From Thermoproteota archaeon (GTDB lineage Archaea; Korarchaeota; Korarchaeia; Korarchaeales; JAOZGB01), in assembly GCA_037917685.1 (NCBI GenBank), contig JAVCBU010000006.1, forward strand, positions 192,001 to 256,000: 64,000 nucleotides of DNA. Reading direction: 5' to 3'. Position numbers and translations under genes: made by a program. The notes under the pieces were generated by a model that ran no database searches, was not told the DNA's origin, and saw only the letters and a program-made list of their open reading frames with translations. Below, one piece after another: positions 18,463-27,984 of the stretch. Every line of letters begins with the position of its first letter. Position 1 is the stretch's first letter.

Positions 18463-19122
18463 ATGGCATTAAGAAAAATTTTTCATAAGAACCCTCTGAA
18501 TGATAGTAGAGAGCGTATGAAAAAACAAGTAATCACAGAGGGTAAGATATACTTCCCACTCAGTGAAACACTTAAAATAGTAATAGAAAACATCATGAAA
18601 AGGTTAACAAGGGCTCTCTTAACAATGAGCGGGATTGTTCTTTCAATAGCATTTTATACAACCTTGATGATAACTGCTTCTGCATTGAAATATACGCTAG
18701 GCGCCCAGCAAGTTATCTCAGAGTACTATTGGTGGATGCTATTTCTAGCCTTTCTTGTTTCGGCAACCGGCATAACAAACTCAGTGTTAATGGCAGTTGC
18801 TGAAAGGGTTCGTGAAATAGGCACTCTAAAATGTTTGGGGGCAATGGATAAACATATCCTAGAAATGTTCATACTTGAGAACGCGTTCATTGGCGCTATA
18901 GGGGGAATAGTTGGGTTCATAGTAGGTATAATAGCGGCAATCGTGTTAAATGCATCCACAATAGGGATATCTAGCTTCTTTGCGATACCAGGCATACAAT
19001 TTCTAAAAGCCCTCTTAAGTTCAGTCTTAATTTCAACGATACTCTCAGTGGTAATGTCATCGTATCCTGCGTACCGGGCGGCTAAACTCCAGCCAGCTGA
19101 AGCCCTAAGATCTGTAGCATAG
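18463..19122 (+). CDS. FtsX/MacB-like ABC permease lacking a large extracellular domain
   Basis: ERVREIGTLKCLGA and YPAYRAAKLQPAEALR motifs. Confidence 0.85.
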   Translation: MALRKIFHKNPLNDSRERMKKQVITEGKIYFPLSETLKIVIENIMKRLTRALLTMSGIVLSIAFYTTLMITASALKYTLGAQQVISEYYWWMLFLAFLVSATGITNSVLMAVAERVREIGTLKCLGAMDKHILEMFILENAFIGAIGGIVGFIVGIIAAIVLNASTIGISSFFAIPGIQFLKALLSSVLISTILSVVMSSYPAYRAAKLQPAEALRSVA

Positions 19123-19872
19123 GTGATCCGGATGGGAGAGGAAACGAGTTATGCGTATACAGTTGAGGTTGAAGGATTAAAGAAATATTACAGGATGGGA
19201 AACACCATTGTTAAAGCCTTAGATGGAATTGACATGAAGATATACCGTGGAGAGTATCTTAGCATCATGGGGCCAAGTGGCTCAGGGAAAACAACCTTGT
19301 TTAATATGATAGGAGGACTTGATAGGCCTACGGCCGGCAAAGTGTTTATAGACGAGGTTGATATAGCCCAGTTAGATGCCTATGAACTTGCCTGGCTTCG
19401 GGCTAGGAAAATAGGGTACATCTTCCAAACATTTAACCTCATACCAGTGATGACAGCATATGAGAACGTAGTACTCCCAATGATTTTCGCTGGAGTTGAA
19501 GCTGAGGAAAGAAGGAGAAGAGCACTCGAACTCCTAGATAGGGTCGGCCTCCTTAAATTCAAGGATCACAAACCATATGAGCTTTCCGGGGGGCAGCAGC
19601 AGAGAGTGGCTATAGCTAGGGCTCTAGCCAATAATCCCGCTATAGTTCTAGCCGACGAGCCGACAGGAAACCTAGACCTAGAAACGGGAAAGGAGATAAT
19701 AAAACTTCTAAAAGAACTTAACGAGGAAAGAGAGGTGACGATAATTACAGCAACTCACGATATAAAAATGCTCGCTGTCAGCGATAGAATAGCCTGGCTT
19801 AGGGACGGCAAGATTCAAAGGATAGAGAAGAGAAGTGAGGTTAGATTTAAAGTATACAAGGTGGAGGGCTAG
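19123..19872 (+). CDS. ABC transporter ATP-binding protein (LolD/MacB type)
   Basis: [16 protein letters not shown] and DEPTGNLD motifs. Confidence 0.93.
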   Translation: MIRMGEETSYAYTVEVEGLKKYYRMGNTIVKALDGIDMKIYRGEYLSIMGPSGSGKTTLFNMIGGLDRPTAGKVFIDEVDIAQLDAYELAWLRARKIGYIFQTFNLIPVMTAYENVVLPMIFAGVEAEERRRRALELLDRVGLLKFKDHKPYELSGGQQQRVAIARALANNPAIVLADEPTGNLDLETGKEIIKLLKELNEEREVTIITATHDIKMLAVSDRIAWLRDGKIQRIEKRSEVRFKVYKVEG

Positions 19873-20180
19873 GGCAGTAGGTATTCAATAATCCTCCTCA
19901 GCTCTTCCCTGTCCAAATTATACGTATCATATTTTTCATTTTTTTCAGCAATCCTCTGGGCCAATAAATGGATGCAGTACTTCTTTTCCATCCGCGAGAC
20001 CACTCTCACATAAAAGTCTTCACAACTGCAATAAATATCTGGGAGAACCAAGTAATCTCTTTCTTTTCCTACGACAACCCATAAAGCAATTCCATTAAAG
20101 ACATACTTTTTAACCCTGCCATCTCTCACAAGATTCAAGGCTTCAGCATTGTCAGACCCAAAAGTACCGGTACATCCCAT
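19869..20180 (-). CDS. SWIM zinc-finger protein
   Basis: CSCEDF...CIH motif. Confidence 0.8.
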   Translation of the reverse strand: MGCTGTFGSDNAEALNLVRDGRVKKYVFNGIALWVVVGKERDYLVLPDIYCSCEDFYVRVVSRMEKKYCIHLLAQRIAEKNEKYDTYNLDREELRRIIEYLLP

Positions 20181-20211
20181 TGATTGTTTATATTCTTATG
20201 CTGGACTTATA

Positions 20212-20979
20212 ATGATAGTGCAGCCTATCTGGGGGGAACCAGCATTTGTATCACGATATAATAAGCGCAGAACTCTAGTCATCGCCGACGTCCACCTCGG
20301 TGTATCAATGAACTATCCCGGTAATCCTTACAGTAATCTCGTTACGGAAGCACAGAGACTATACAATGAAATACTTCTACTCATCGAAAGAGAGAAGTGT
20401 AGAAAACTGTTAATATTAGGCGACGTAAAACATGACATCCTCCCACTAAAGGGTAGGTATAAAGACGTGTTACAGGATTTTGTAAAGGAGCTATCTGAAT
20501 TCACGGATATTGTGATTATAAAAGGTAACCATGACGCTGGAATAGAGAAGATAGCAAGCCGATACGCCTCTGTTATAGAAAGCAGTGGCATGCTAATGGG
20601 TAATTACGCACTATTACACGGCCATGCAAATCCTTCGCCCATACTAAACAAAGCAAATATTTTCATAATAGGGCATATTCACCCGGCTTACCGTCTGTCA
20701 ATAGTAATAGATCGCACAGTAAAAGTTTGGGTTAAAATGAAAATAGATAAAAACATGATATTCAACCGTAGACCTTTTTACGATGTAAATGAAGCTAAAC
20801 TAATCGTTACGCCCGCGTTTAATCCATATATTATAGGTTTCCCGATCAATGAGAAATGCATTAGAGAACATTTGCCCGTCTGCCCTCTTGTTAGACGTGG
20901 CGTAATAAAGGGGTCTCCAATCCATTTATACTCGCTAGATGGCACCTTACTCGCGAAGGTGGAGGCTATAAGTTTGTAA
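20212..20979 (+). CDS. Calcineurin-like metallophosphoesterase
   Basis: DVHLG, GDVKH, GNHD, HGH and GHIHP motifs; start moved to ATG 20212. Confidence 0.88.
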   Translation: MIVQPIWGEPAFVSRYNKRRTLVIADVHLGVSMNYPGNPYSNLVTEAQRLYNEILLLIEREKCRKLLILGDVKHDILPLKGRYKDVLQDFVKELSEFTDIVIIKGNHDAGIEKIASRYASVIESSGMLMGNYALLHGHANPSPILNKANIFIIGHIHPAYRLSIVIDRTVKVWVKMKIDKNMIFNRRPFYDVNEAKLIVTPAFNPYIIGFPINEKCIREHLPVCPLVRRGVIKGSPIHLYSLDGTLLAKVEAISL

Positions 20980-21080
20980 TGGGGGCACTGGGATTTGAAT
21001 TCCTGCTATGCCCCAGGTCTCAAGGTTTCTCTGCTGTGCACCCGAACCTTGAAGGCTAGACCAGGCTACCCCATGCCCCC
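20980..21080 (-). tRNA. tRNA-Pro(CGG) with two introns: 37/38 (21027-21040, 14 nt) and 53/54 (21000-21011, 12 nt)
   Basis: Acceptor GGGGGCA/TGCCCCC, anticodon stem CAAGG/CCTTG, T stem CTGGG/CCCAG; the cloverleaf forms only after removing both inserts. Confidence 0.9.
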
Positions 21081-21117
21081 ACTTATGAGAACATGAATCT
21101 AATAATTAAGCTTATCC

Positions 21118-21600
21118 CTATCTCTTCATTTTCTCGGATAGCAATTTATATATACTTGCCAAACTTGCAGATATAACTTTGACATCAGCAATAACGGGCA
21201 TGAAGTTAGTGTCCCCATTCCATCTTGGTACAATATGTAGATGTATATGACCTATCACTCCTGCACCAGCTGCCCTGCCAATGTTAAATCCTATGTTAAA
21301 ACCATCCGGTTTTAATGTGGAACTTAGAGAATCAATACACCTTATTAACATCATCCTGATTTCTCCCCAAGTTTCAGGGTCTATCTCGTTAAAGCTGTCG
21401 GTATGTTTATATGGGGCTATTAGCAAGTGACCAGGGTTGTAGGGGTATCTATTCATTACTGTAAAACATTTCTCCCCCTTCATCAGTATCAATGTGTCTA
21501 AGCCTTCCTCTTTTCCAGCTAGTACGCAGAAGAGACAGCCCTCTTGCTTGCTGGTCTTCTTAACGTATTCATGTCTCCAAGGAGCCCATAGAAGCTTCAT
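21118..21600 (-). CDS. HIT family hydrolase
   Basis: HIHLHIVPRW motif. Confidence 0.92.
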   Translation of the reverse strand: MKLLWAPWRHEYVKKTSKQEGCLFCVLAGKEEGLDTLILMKGEKCFTVMNRYPYNPGHLLIAPYKHTDSFNEIDPETWGEIRMMLIRCIDSLSSTLKPDGFNIGFNIGRAAGAGVIGHIHLHIVPRWNGDTNFMPVIADVKVISASLASIYKLLSEKMKR

Positions 21601-21956
21601 TTCTTTTCAGCCCTCAGTCTTATTATAGCCTCTGCTATATCGCCTTTACTTTCCATGAGCGCCTTTTCCGCCTCTTCTAGACTACATCCAACCTGCTCTG
21701 CTACAAGTTTTATATCTTCTTCGGGAATCTCAACCTTTTCCTCTACCAATAGAGGCTTCCTACTGGTTTTACCTGTTATTTGAAATATTTTCTCCCCCTG
21801 CATCTTCATAACTTGTATTTTAGGTTCATCTATGACAATAATCTCTGTGTTTGTCTTGATGGTAACTTCAATGGCATCTGGTATTTCCTCTACTGTTATA
21901 CCCATTCTCTTCAGGGTTCTAGCGAGAGCCCTAGGACTCATCTTTCTACCTATCAT
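21597..21956 (-). CDS. nac: Nascent polypeptide-associated complex protein
   Basis: NAC domain plus C-terminal UBA (DIKLVAEQ...GDIAEAII). Confidence 0.9.
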   Translation of the reverse strand: MIGRKMSPRALARTLKRMGITVEEIPDAIEVTIKTNTEIIVIDEPKIQVMKMQGEKIFQITGKTSRKPLLVEEKVEIPEEDIKLVAEQVGCSLEEAEKALMESKGDIAEAIIRLRAEKK

Positions 21957-22021
21957 TCACTATGGGATTAGACTGAAAGTGTTATAAAATTTAGGAACAC
22001 ACATCAAAGTGGTGCATTAAA

Positions 22022-22504
22022 TTAGTCCTCAGATGCGAGATTTGCGGGAGGATCATAGATAATCCAATCTGGATTACTATGGGGGGGAGGACAGTACCTG
22101 TATGTAAAAGGTGCTCCCCTCGGAGATTTCAAAGAAAGCCCCATGTAAAAGAAAAAGGGTATAAGCCGAAACCTACAGTTAAGAGACGCACGCTTGCAGA
22201 AGAGCCAGAATATACACTTATTGATGGATATGGGAGACTCATTAAAACTGCAAGAGAAAAGCTTCATCTGAAAAGAGAGGATCTGGCGGCGAAGCTTGGA
22301 ATTAAAAGATCGCATTTGGAAAACATAGAACTTGAAAGAATAAAACCAAGCATAAACCTTGCTAAAAAGTTTGAGAGACTTCTAAACATTCAAATCCTCG
22401 AGAAAATAGAGGAGGAACCAGTTGTTCTAACGTCTTCTAGCGTGTCAGGTACGAGTCTAACCCTCGGTGAGGTTTTAAAACTGAAAAAACGGGGGAAGAA
22501 GTGA
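22022..22504 (+). CDS. mbf1: Archaeal multiprotein bridging factor 1 (Zn ribbon plus HTH); start uncertain
   Basis: In-frame CEICG at 22034, upstream of ATG 22079, pairs with CKRC; Cro-like HTH; TLGE tail. Confidence 0.85.
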   Translation, partial: LVLRCEICGRIIDNPIWITMGGRTVPVCKRCSPRRFQRKPHVKEKGYKPKPTVKRRTLAEEPEYTLIDGYGRLIKTAREKLHLKREDLAAKLGIKRSHLENIELERIKPSINLAKKFERLLNIQILEKIEEEPVVLTSSSVSGTSLTLGEVLKLKKRGKK

Positions 22505-22549
22505 TAGTCAAAAATTAAAAGGAAGGAAAAACCTATCTATAATGAGTTC

Positions 22550-23077
22550 ATGAGGAAGATAGCTGAACTTCTCGTACTTGCGCTAATCAGTATTGGTATC
22601 GACGAAAATGTTGCTGATAAATTCGAAAAAGTATTCTCTGAAAACAATGAGGTTCTTGAGGGTGAGATAATAGAGGAGTTAGGAGTTGAACCTGCATCTG
22701 CCAGGAGAATTCTATTCAAACTTCAGTACGAGAACATAATGCGCTATAGGAAAGTATCTAACATTGAATCTGATAGAAACTCCGAAGTTTACTGGACACT
22801 AAACAAGGAAGGAATATTAAAACTTGTCAAGAGACGGGTGAAAATGATGAAGAAAAACCTAGAGAAAAGGCTAGAATACGAAACTTCAGAGATCATTTAT
22901 GAGTGTGCTAATGAGCCAACACATGCTAGAATGCCCATTTCAGATGCTATGGCTCAAAACTTTGTATGTCCGGAATGCGGGGCGAGTCTGGTACAGACGG
23001 CAAAGGAAAATATTGTAGAAAACTTAAATAAACTGATCGAGTTCCTGGATCACATGATATCTGATTTGGAAAGATAG
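22550..23077 (+). CDS. tfe: Transcription factor E alpha
   Basis: Winged helix (RRILFKL...YW) plus FVCPECG Zn ribbon. Confidence 0.85.
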   Translation: MRKIAELLVLALISIGIDENVADKFEKVFSENNEVLEGEIIEELGVEPASARRILFKLQYENIMRYRKVSNIESDRNSEVYWTLNKEGILKLVKRRVKMMKKNLEKRLEYETSEIIYECANEPTHARMPISDAMAQNFVCPECGASLVQTAKENIVENLNKLIEFLDHMISDLER

Positions 23078-23164
23078 ACTAAGCCTGCTACTCCAAACTC
23101 CAAGTATGATATCGACGAGATTATAGTATAAAGCTTAAATTAGTCTACAACACTTTACCTTATT

Positions 23165-23278
23165 GCCGGGGTACTCTAGAGGCAGTCGCCGGAGAATCCG
23201 GTAGGAGGCAGAGATAAGCCTAAGCCTGCTAAGCCTGTGCCCCATCGGGGCTCGTGGGTTCGAATCCCACCCCCGGCG
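23165..23278 (+). tRNA. tRNA-Ser(GCT) with two introns: D-loop 15/16 (23180-23196, 17 nt) and 29/30 (23212-23223, 12 nt)
   Basis: Acceptor GCCGGGG/CCCCGGC; anticodon stem CAG|GC/GCCTG; long variable arm GCCCC-ATC-GGGGC; BHB central helices CTCT/GGAG and AGGC/GCCT. Confidence 0.88.
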
Positions 23279-23282
23279 CTAT

Positions 23283-23366
23283 GGGCCGGTAGTCTAGCGG
23301 TATGACACGTGGCATAAGGCTGCCCTTACGAGGCAGAGGTCGAGGGTTCGACTCCCTCCCGGCCCA
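23283..23366 (+). tRNA. tRNA-Val(TAC) with a 25/26 intron (23307-23318, 12 nt)
   Basis: GGGCCGG/CCGGCCC acceptor; CTGCC-CT-TAC-GA-GGCAG arm; BHB with TATG/CATA centre and ACA/AGG bulges. Confidence 0.92.
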
Positions 23367-23443
23367 TTTCATAATAGACCATTCAGCTGCTTGCCCAGGA
23401 ATCCATTAGATAGAATCTATCGTAACTAAATATGATAGAAATG

Positions 23444-23761
23444 GGCGGCTGGGCTTCCCCGAGGTGGATGCCCCTAGGCATGCCCGTAGGTAGGGGGACT
23501 CCTCAGCCTCGTTGCTCAGGAGCACCTAGCGTCCAGCTTACGGCTGCTCTCTTCCGAGCCTGGCCGGTTTCGCTGGCAAGGGGGTCGGGGTCCCTTCTCC
23601 AAGGGAACGCCCCCTCCGCCGGCCCCCTGAGGCGAAGCTTCATCAGATTCCACTCCAACCCCGTGACATGCTTCGGAGCACCGCCCTCGGGGATTACTGG
23701 CCCCGGCTTTAGCCTTCCGGAAGTAGGAGGCGGCTACCCTCCCAGCCCTACCCCAGCCGCC
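23444..23761 (-). ncRNA. ffs: Signal recognition particle (7S) RNA
   Basis: Helix 1 GGCGGCTGGG/CCCAGCCGCC; helix 8 GCCAGGCTCGGAAGAGAGCAGC; Alu loop-loop TAGCC/GGCTA; about 318 nt. Confidence 0.93.
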
Positions 23762-23859
23762 ATATTTTAAACACACCTCATCTTATATAATGGTTGCCTT
23801 AGTCAAAGATTTTAATAGTGGCTGAGGTATTATTTTGCTAAATAAGGAGGGAAAGAGCT

Positions 23860-24330
23860 TTGCCGCCAAACTTTGGATATTCATACAATGAAGTTAAAGA
23901 GAACCAAGTGAGAGTTAGCCTTAGAGATGTGAGAGTTTCATTTAAGGACTCAGTAGAAGTCTGTAGAGTTATCAGGGGAATGAAGATAGATGATGCAAGG
24001 ACCTTTTTGAAAAACGTGATAGACGGGAAAAGAGCGGTCCCATTCAAACGTTATAAGAAACACGTCGGTCACAGAAAGGGTTTACAGGGGTGGCCCGCTG
24101 GTAGATACCCGAAAAAGATCGCCAGTAAAATCCTGGAACTCCTCGACCATGGAGAAGCCATGGCTGAAGATAAAGGGTTAGACATAGAATCCCTGTATAT
24201 AGTTCACCTTGCTGCACAACAGGGTCCTAAGCTTAGAAGGTATTTCCCACGTGCTTACGGAAGGGCCACACCAAAAATAGAGCAGCTAGTCCACTTTGAA
24301 CTAGTTTTGGAGGAGAGGGTACATGAGTGA
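23860..24330 (+). CDS. rpl22: Ribosomal protein uL22
   Basis: GRYPKK and PRAYGRA motifs. Confidence 0.95.
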   Translation: MPPNFGYSYNEVKENQVRVSLRDVRVSFKDSVEVCRVIRGMKIDDARTFLKNVIDGKRAVPFKRYKKHVGHRKGLQGWPAGRYPKKIASKILELLDHGEAMAEDKGLDIESLYIVHLAAQQGPKLRRYFPRAYGRATPKIEQLVHFELVLEERVHE

Positions 24331-24982
24331 AAAGAGGCAACCCATACATAGACAGATCGTGGCTGAACAGCTTAAAAAAGCAGAGTTAGACGAGTTTCTA
24401 AAGAGGGAGTTAGAAGACTCAGGATTTGATCATGTCGAAGTAATATCGTCCGCCGTCAAAGAAAGAATACTAGTGTTTGCAGAAAGACCGGGAGTTGTCA
24501 TCGGGCGTCATGGGAGAACCTCTAAAAGGCTTGCTGAACTTATCTCAAAAAGATTTTCAATGGAAAACCCATATGTAGAAGCCATCTCTGTTAAGAACTC
24601 ATATTTAAGTTCAAGAATCGTGGCTAACAAGATAAAAAGGAGAATACTCTTGGGTTATAATCCAAGACGGGTTGGTTATTTCACCATGCGAAATGTTATG
24701 GACGCAGGGGCTCTAGGTGTGGAAATAATTATAAGCGGAAAATTTGGTGGAGAAAGAGCTAGAAGCCTTAGGTTCAGAGACGGAGTAATGATGAAAACAG
24801 GAACTACAACGACTCAGTATGTAAGTGAAGCTGTGGAACATGTTCTTCTAAAACAAGGTATGATGGGCGTGAAAGTTAGAATATTACTTCCGGAAATAAG
24901 AAAGCCGGATGAGCTAAGAATTAGAGAAAATAAAGCCAAAGAATTGTTAAAGGAACAGGTGAGAGAACTTGCCGCTAGTTAG
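24323..24982 (+). CDS. rps3: Ribosomal protein uS3
   Basis: RPGVVIG KH motif; GALGVEIIISGK. Confidence 0.95.
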   Translation: MSEKRQPIHRQIVAEQLKKAELDEFLKRELEDSGFDHVEVISSAVKERILVFAERPGVVIGRHGRTSKRLAELISKRFSMENPYVEAISVKNSYLSSRIVANKIKRRILLGYNPRRVGYFTMRNVMDAGALGVEIIISGKFGGERARSLRFRDGVMMKTGTTTTQYVSEAVEHVLLKQGMMGVKVRILLPEIRKPDELRIRENKAKELLKEQVRELAAS

Positions 24983-25193
24983 ACTGTCAGAATTAAGGGA
25001 AATGGATAGGAAATCGCTTGAGGATAAACTGTTGGAGCTTAAAAGGGAACTGTTTAGGGTAAGAGTCCAGAAAGCTGTTTCTGGACAACTAGACAATCCT
25101 TCTGTCGAAAGAGAGCTCAGAAAATCCATAGCGAGAGTTCTAACAGTAATGAGGGAAAGGGGATACATAAAACCTAGAGGAAGGTTAAGATGA
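24969..25193 (+). CDS. rpl29: Ribosomal protein uL29
   Basis: RKSIARVLT motif; operon position. Confidence 0.92.
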   Translation: MPLVRLSELREMDRKSLEDKLLELKRELFRVRVQKAVSGQLDNPSVERELRKSIARVLTVMRERGYIKPRGRLR

Positions 25194-25462
25194 AAATAAC
25201 GAGGAGGAATATATTGAAGCACGAGCTGATAGGATTACATGTTAAAGTGGTTAACTCTCCTGACCCATCCCAAACAGGTATAAAGGGGGCCGTTATAGAC
25301 GAGACCAAAAATCTTTTAGTGATTAGAACGGAAAAAGGTTTGAAGAAAATAGAAAAGAAGTATAGAACTTTTGAATTTAAGCTACCGAGCGGTGAGCGAG
25401 TTCAAGTTGATGGTAATAAAATAGTTCTGAGACCCGAAGACAGGGTGAAAACATGGCCGTGA
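25190..25462 (+). CDS. rnp1: RNase P protein Rpp29/POP4
   Basis: HELIGL, GAVIDETKN and RPEDR motifs. Confidence 0.92.
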   Translation: MKITRRNILKHELIGLHVKVVNSPDPSQTGIKGAVIDETKNLLVIRTEKGLKKIEKKYRTFEFKLPSGERVQVDGNKIVLRPEDRVKTWP

Positions 25463-25788
25463 AAGATATGTTTAAGGATGTAGAAAAGCCTGGAGGCACC
25501 TGTACAGATAAAAACTGTCCGTATCACGGTAGCATTAAAGTGAGAGGTAGGGTAAGAGTAGGAAAAGTAGTTTCAGCAAAGATGACTGGTACTTGTACTG
25601 TTCAAATAGACTACCTAAAGTATATTCCTAAGTATAGGAGGTACATGAGAGCAAGATCTAAAATTCATGCGCACATACCTGCTTGTATAAATATAAAGGA
25701 GGGTGATATTGTTAAAATAGGAGAGTGTAGGAGGCTTGCAAAGACTGTCAGCCACGTAGTTTTAGGAAAGGTGATCAGGTATGGCTAG
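25453..25788 (+). CDS. rps17: Ribosomal protein uS17
   Basis: CTDKNCPYHG and GECRRLAKT motifs. Confidence 0.95.
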   Translation: MAVKDMFKDVEKPGGTCTDKNCPYHGSIKVRGRVRVGKVVSAKMTGTCTVQIDYLKYIPKYRRYMRARSKIHAHIPACINIKEGDIVKIGECRRLAKTVSHVVLGKVIRYG

Positions 25789-26206
25789 AGCTTTAAGGAA
25801 AAGGAAAAAGATAGGGCCTCGGAGAAGAATAGCACGGGGACTACCGGTAGGGGCTAAAATAAAGTGCAGTGATAATTCCGGAGCGAAAGTCCTTCAAATA
25901 ATCGGTGTTAAAGGATATAGGGGGCCTAAAAACAGGCTACCTTCAGCTAGCGTTGGGGATCTAGTTATTGTAGCCGTTAAAGAAGGTAAACCAGATCTTG
26001 TACACACAGTTCAACGGGCTGTCATAATAAGGCAGAGGGCGCCATTTAGGAGAAAGAACGGTGAGGTAATAATGTTCGAAGATAACGCAGCTGTCTTAAT
26101 AAAACCTGATAACTCTCCTAGAGGCACGGAGATCAAGGGTCCTGTAGCAAGGGAGGCTATCGAAAGGTTTCCAGCTCTTTCAGGTGTAGCTTCAATGGTG
26201 GTTTAG
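25781..26206 (+). CDS. rpl14: Ribosomal protein uL14
   Basis: DNSGAK and FEDNAAV motifs. Confidence 0.95.
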   Translation: MARALRKRKKIGPRRRIARGLPVGAKIKCSDNSGAKVLQIIGVKGYRGPKNRLPSASVGDLVIVAVKEGKPDLVHTVQRAVIIRQRAPFRRKNGEVIMFEDNAAVLIKPDNSPRGTEIKGPVAREAIERFPALSGVASMVV

Positions 26207-26207
26207 A

Positions 26208-26576
26208 ATGGCGAGACCTCGCTCCTCGAAGCCTGGAAAACAGAGGAAATACGAAGCCACAGCCCCCCTTCACGAGAGAAGGAAATTTTTAACCGCCCCC
26301 CTGTCCCCTGGCCTTCAGGAAAAATATGGTGTTAAAAGGCTGCCGGTGAGGAAAGGAGACAAGGTGTTGATTGTTAGGGGAGACTATATGGCGAGCGAAG
26401 GGAAAATAGTTAGAGTAGACTATAAGAAAATAAGAATCTATATAGAAAATGTTACAAGGAAGAAAGCTGATGGAACAGAAATCCACGTGCCGATACACCC
26501 CTCTAAAGTTATGATAACAGAACTCAAACTAGGGGATTCCCCAAGAGAGAAGATAATAGAAAGGAGGAGAGGTTAA
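26208..26576 (+). CDS. rpl24: Ribosomal protein uL24
   Basis: SSKPGKQRK, KOW motif and PIHPSKV. Confidence 0.95.
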   Translation: MARPRSSKPGKQRKYEATAPLHERRKFLTAPLSPGLQEKYGVKRLPVRKGDKVLIVRGDYMASEGKIVRVDYKKIRIYIENVTRKKADGTEIHVPIHPSKVMITELKLGDSPREKIIERRRG

Positions 26577-26577
26577 T

Positions 26578-27282
26578 ATGGTCCATATGGGTGGATCTAA
26601 GCATCTCAAAAGATTTGCAGCCCCGGGGGTATGGCCAATACCGGTAAAAAGATACACATGGGCAATAAAACCTTTACCGGGACCTCACCAGACTGGCCTG
26701 TGTATACCTTTAGGGATGGTTTTGAGAGACATACTTAAATTTGGGGAGACCTTAAGAGAGGTTAAATTCATCCTAAATAGTGGATATATAAGAGTAGACG
26801 GGATCGTTAGAAGAGAATACAAGTTTCCAGTAGGGATGATGGATGTTATCTCTGTACTGAAGTTGAACAAACATTACAGGATTGTTCCCTCAAGCGGAGG
26901 GATGAAGCTTATCGAGATCCCAGTCGAGGACGCAGATAAGAAAATAGTGAAGGTAACCCGCAAAAAAACTACTAAAGGAGGGAAAATCCAGTTAGGGACG
27001 AATGATGGAAGATCTATCCTCTTAGATGAGACTCAAGAGATAAAAAGAGGAGATTCCCTCTTAATAAGGATTCCGGAACAGGAGATACTGGAACATCTTC
27101 CCTTAGCCGAAGGCAATGTTGCAGTATTTTATAGGGGGAAAAACGCTGGGACAGTAGGAGAAATAGTCGAAGTATCAGATCTGGTAAAGATCTCATGCGA
27201 TGGTCAGATTTATAGTGGATTGAGAGACTATATTATGGTAGTGGGAAGAGATAAACCTCTAATTAAAGTTGACGGTGCCTGA
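26578..27282 (+). CDS. rps4e: Ribosomal protein eS4
   Basis: HLKRFAAP, PGPH and FPVGMMDVI motifs. Confidence 0.95.
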   Translation: MVHMGGSKHLKRFAAPGVWPIPVKRYTWAIKPLPGPHQTGLCIPLGMVLRDILKFGETLREVKFILNSGYIRVDGIVRREYKFPVGMMDVISVLKLNKHYRIVPSSGGMKLIEIPVEDADKKIVKVTRKKTTKGGKIQLGTNDGRSILLDETQEIKRGDSLLIRIPEQEILEHLPLAEGNVAVFYRGKNAGTVGEIVEVSDLVKISCDGQIYSGLRDYIMVVGRDKPLIKVDGA

Positions 27283-27284
27283 AC

Positions 27285-27827
27285 ATGAGCTACAGAGATG
27301 AAGTGATTAAAGACTGGAAGAATAATCCGATGAGAAAGCCTAGAATAGCATCGGTATGCCTTAATATCTGTGTCGGGACAAGTGGGGAGCCTCTAGAAAA
27401 AGCCGTGCGGATACTAGAGACTCTAACTGGTCAGAAACCATCGAGAAGGAAAGCTAAAAGGACTATTAGAAGCTTCGGGATACATAAGGGAGAGGCAATA
27501 GCATGTATAGTTACCGTAAGGGGTAAAAAAGCCTATGAAATTCTAGATAGGGTATCCCAGGCTGTTAACAAGGAAATTCGCAAGAGTTCATTTGACAAAA
27601 ACGGAAACTTCGGTTTTGGCATTGAAGAACACATAGATATACCTGGGATGAAATATGACCCTGACATTGGGATTTATGGCATGAACGTCTACGTTACGCT
27701 CGAAAGGCCCGGGTATAGAGTTAAAAAAAGGAGAATAAAAAGGCACAAGATCGGTTCTAAACATAGAATTACCAGAGAGGAGGCTATTATATTCGCAGAG
27801 GAGATTCTCGGGTTTAAAGTTAGATAG
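27285..27827 (+). CDS. rpl5: Ribosomal protein uL5
   Basis: NPMRKP and [12 protein letters not shown] motifs. Confidence 0.95.
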   Translation: MSYRDEVIKDWKNNPMRKPRIASVCLNICVGTSGEPLEKAVRILETLTGQKPSRRKAKRTIRSFGIHKGEAIACIVTVRGKKAYEILDRVSQAVNKEIRKSSFDKNGNFGFGIEEHIDIPGMKYDPDIGIYGMNVYVTLERPGYRVKKRRIKRHKIGSKHRITREEAIIFAEEILGFKVR

Positions 27828-27837
27828 GTGTAGAGAT

Positions 27838-27984
27838 ATGGAGAGGAAAAAGGGGAAAGGGGCATACCGTTGCAGAAGATGCGGAAGAGTAGGATATGGC
27901 ATCATTAGAAAGTACGACCTGTACCTATGCAGATCATGCTTCAGAGAAATCGCGGAAAAAATGGGATGGAAAAAGTACTATTAG
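27838..27984 (+). CDS. rps14: Ribosomal protein uS14 (48 aa; missing from the ORF track)
   Basis: Manual translation [48 protein letters not shown]. Confidence 0.95.
   Translation: MERKKGKGAYRCRRCGRVGYGIIRKYDLYLCRSCFREIAEKMGWKKYY

Noticed and set aside
23640-23646. CUGAUGA on the minus strand, suggesting a hammerhead ribozyme or box C
   Set aside because: It lies inside SRP RNA, with no stem II followed by GAAA
23432-23776. ORFs of 112 aa (+) and 86 aa (-)
   Set aside because: They are by-products of the GC-rich SRP RNA gene
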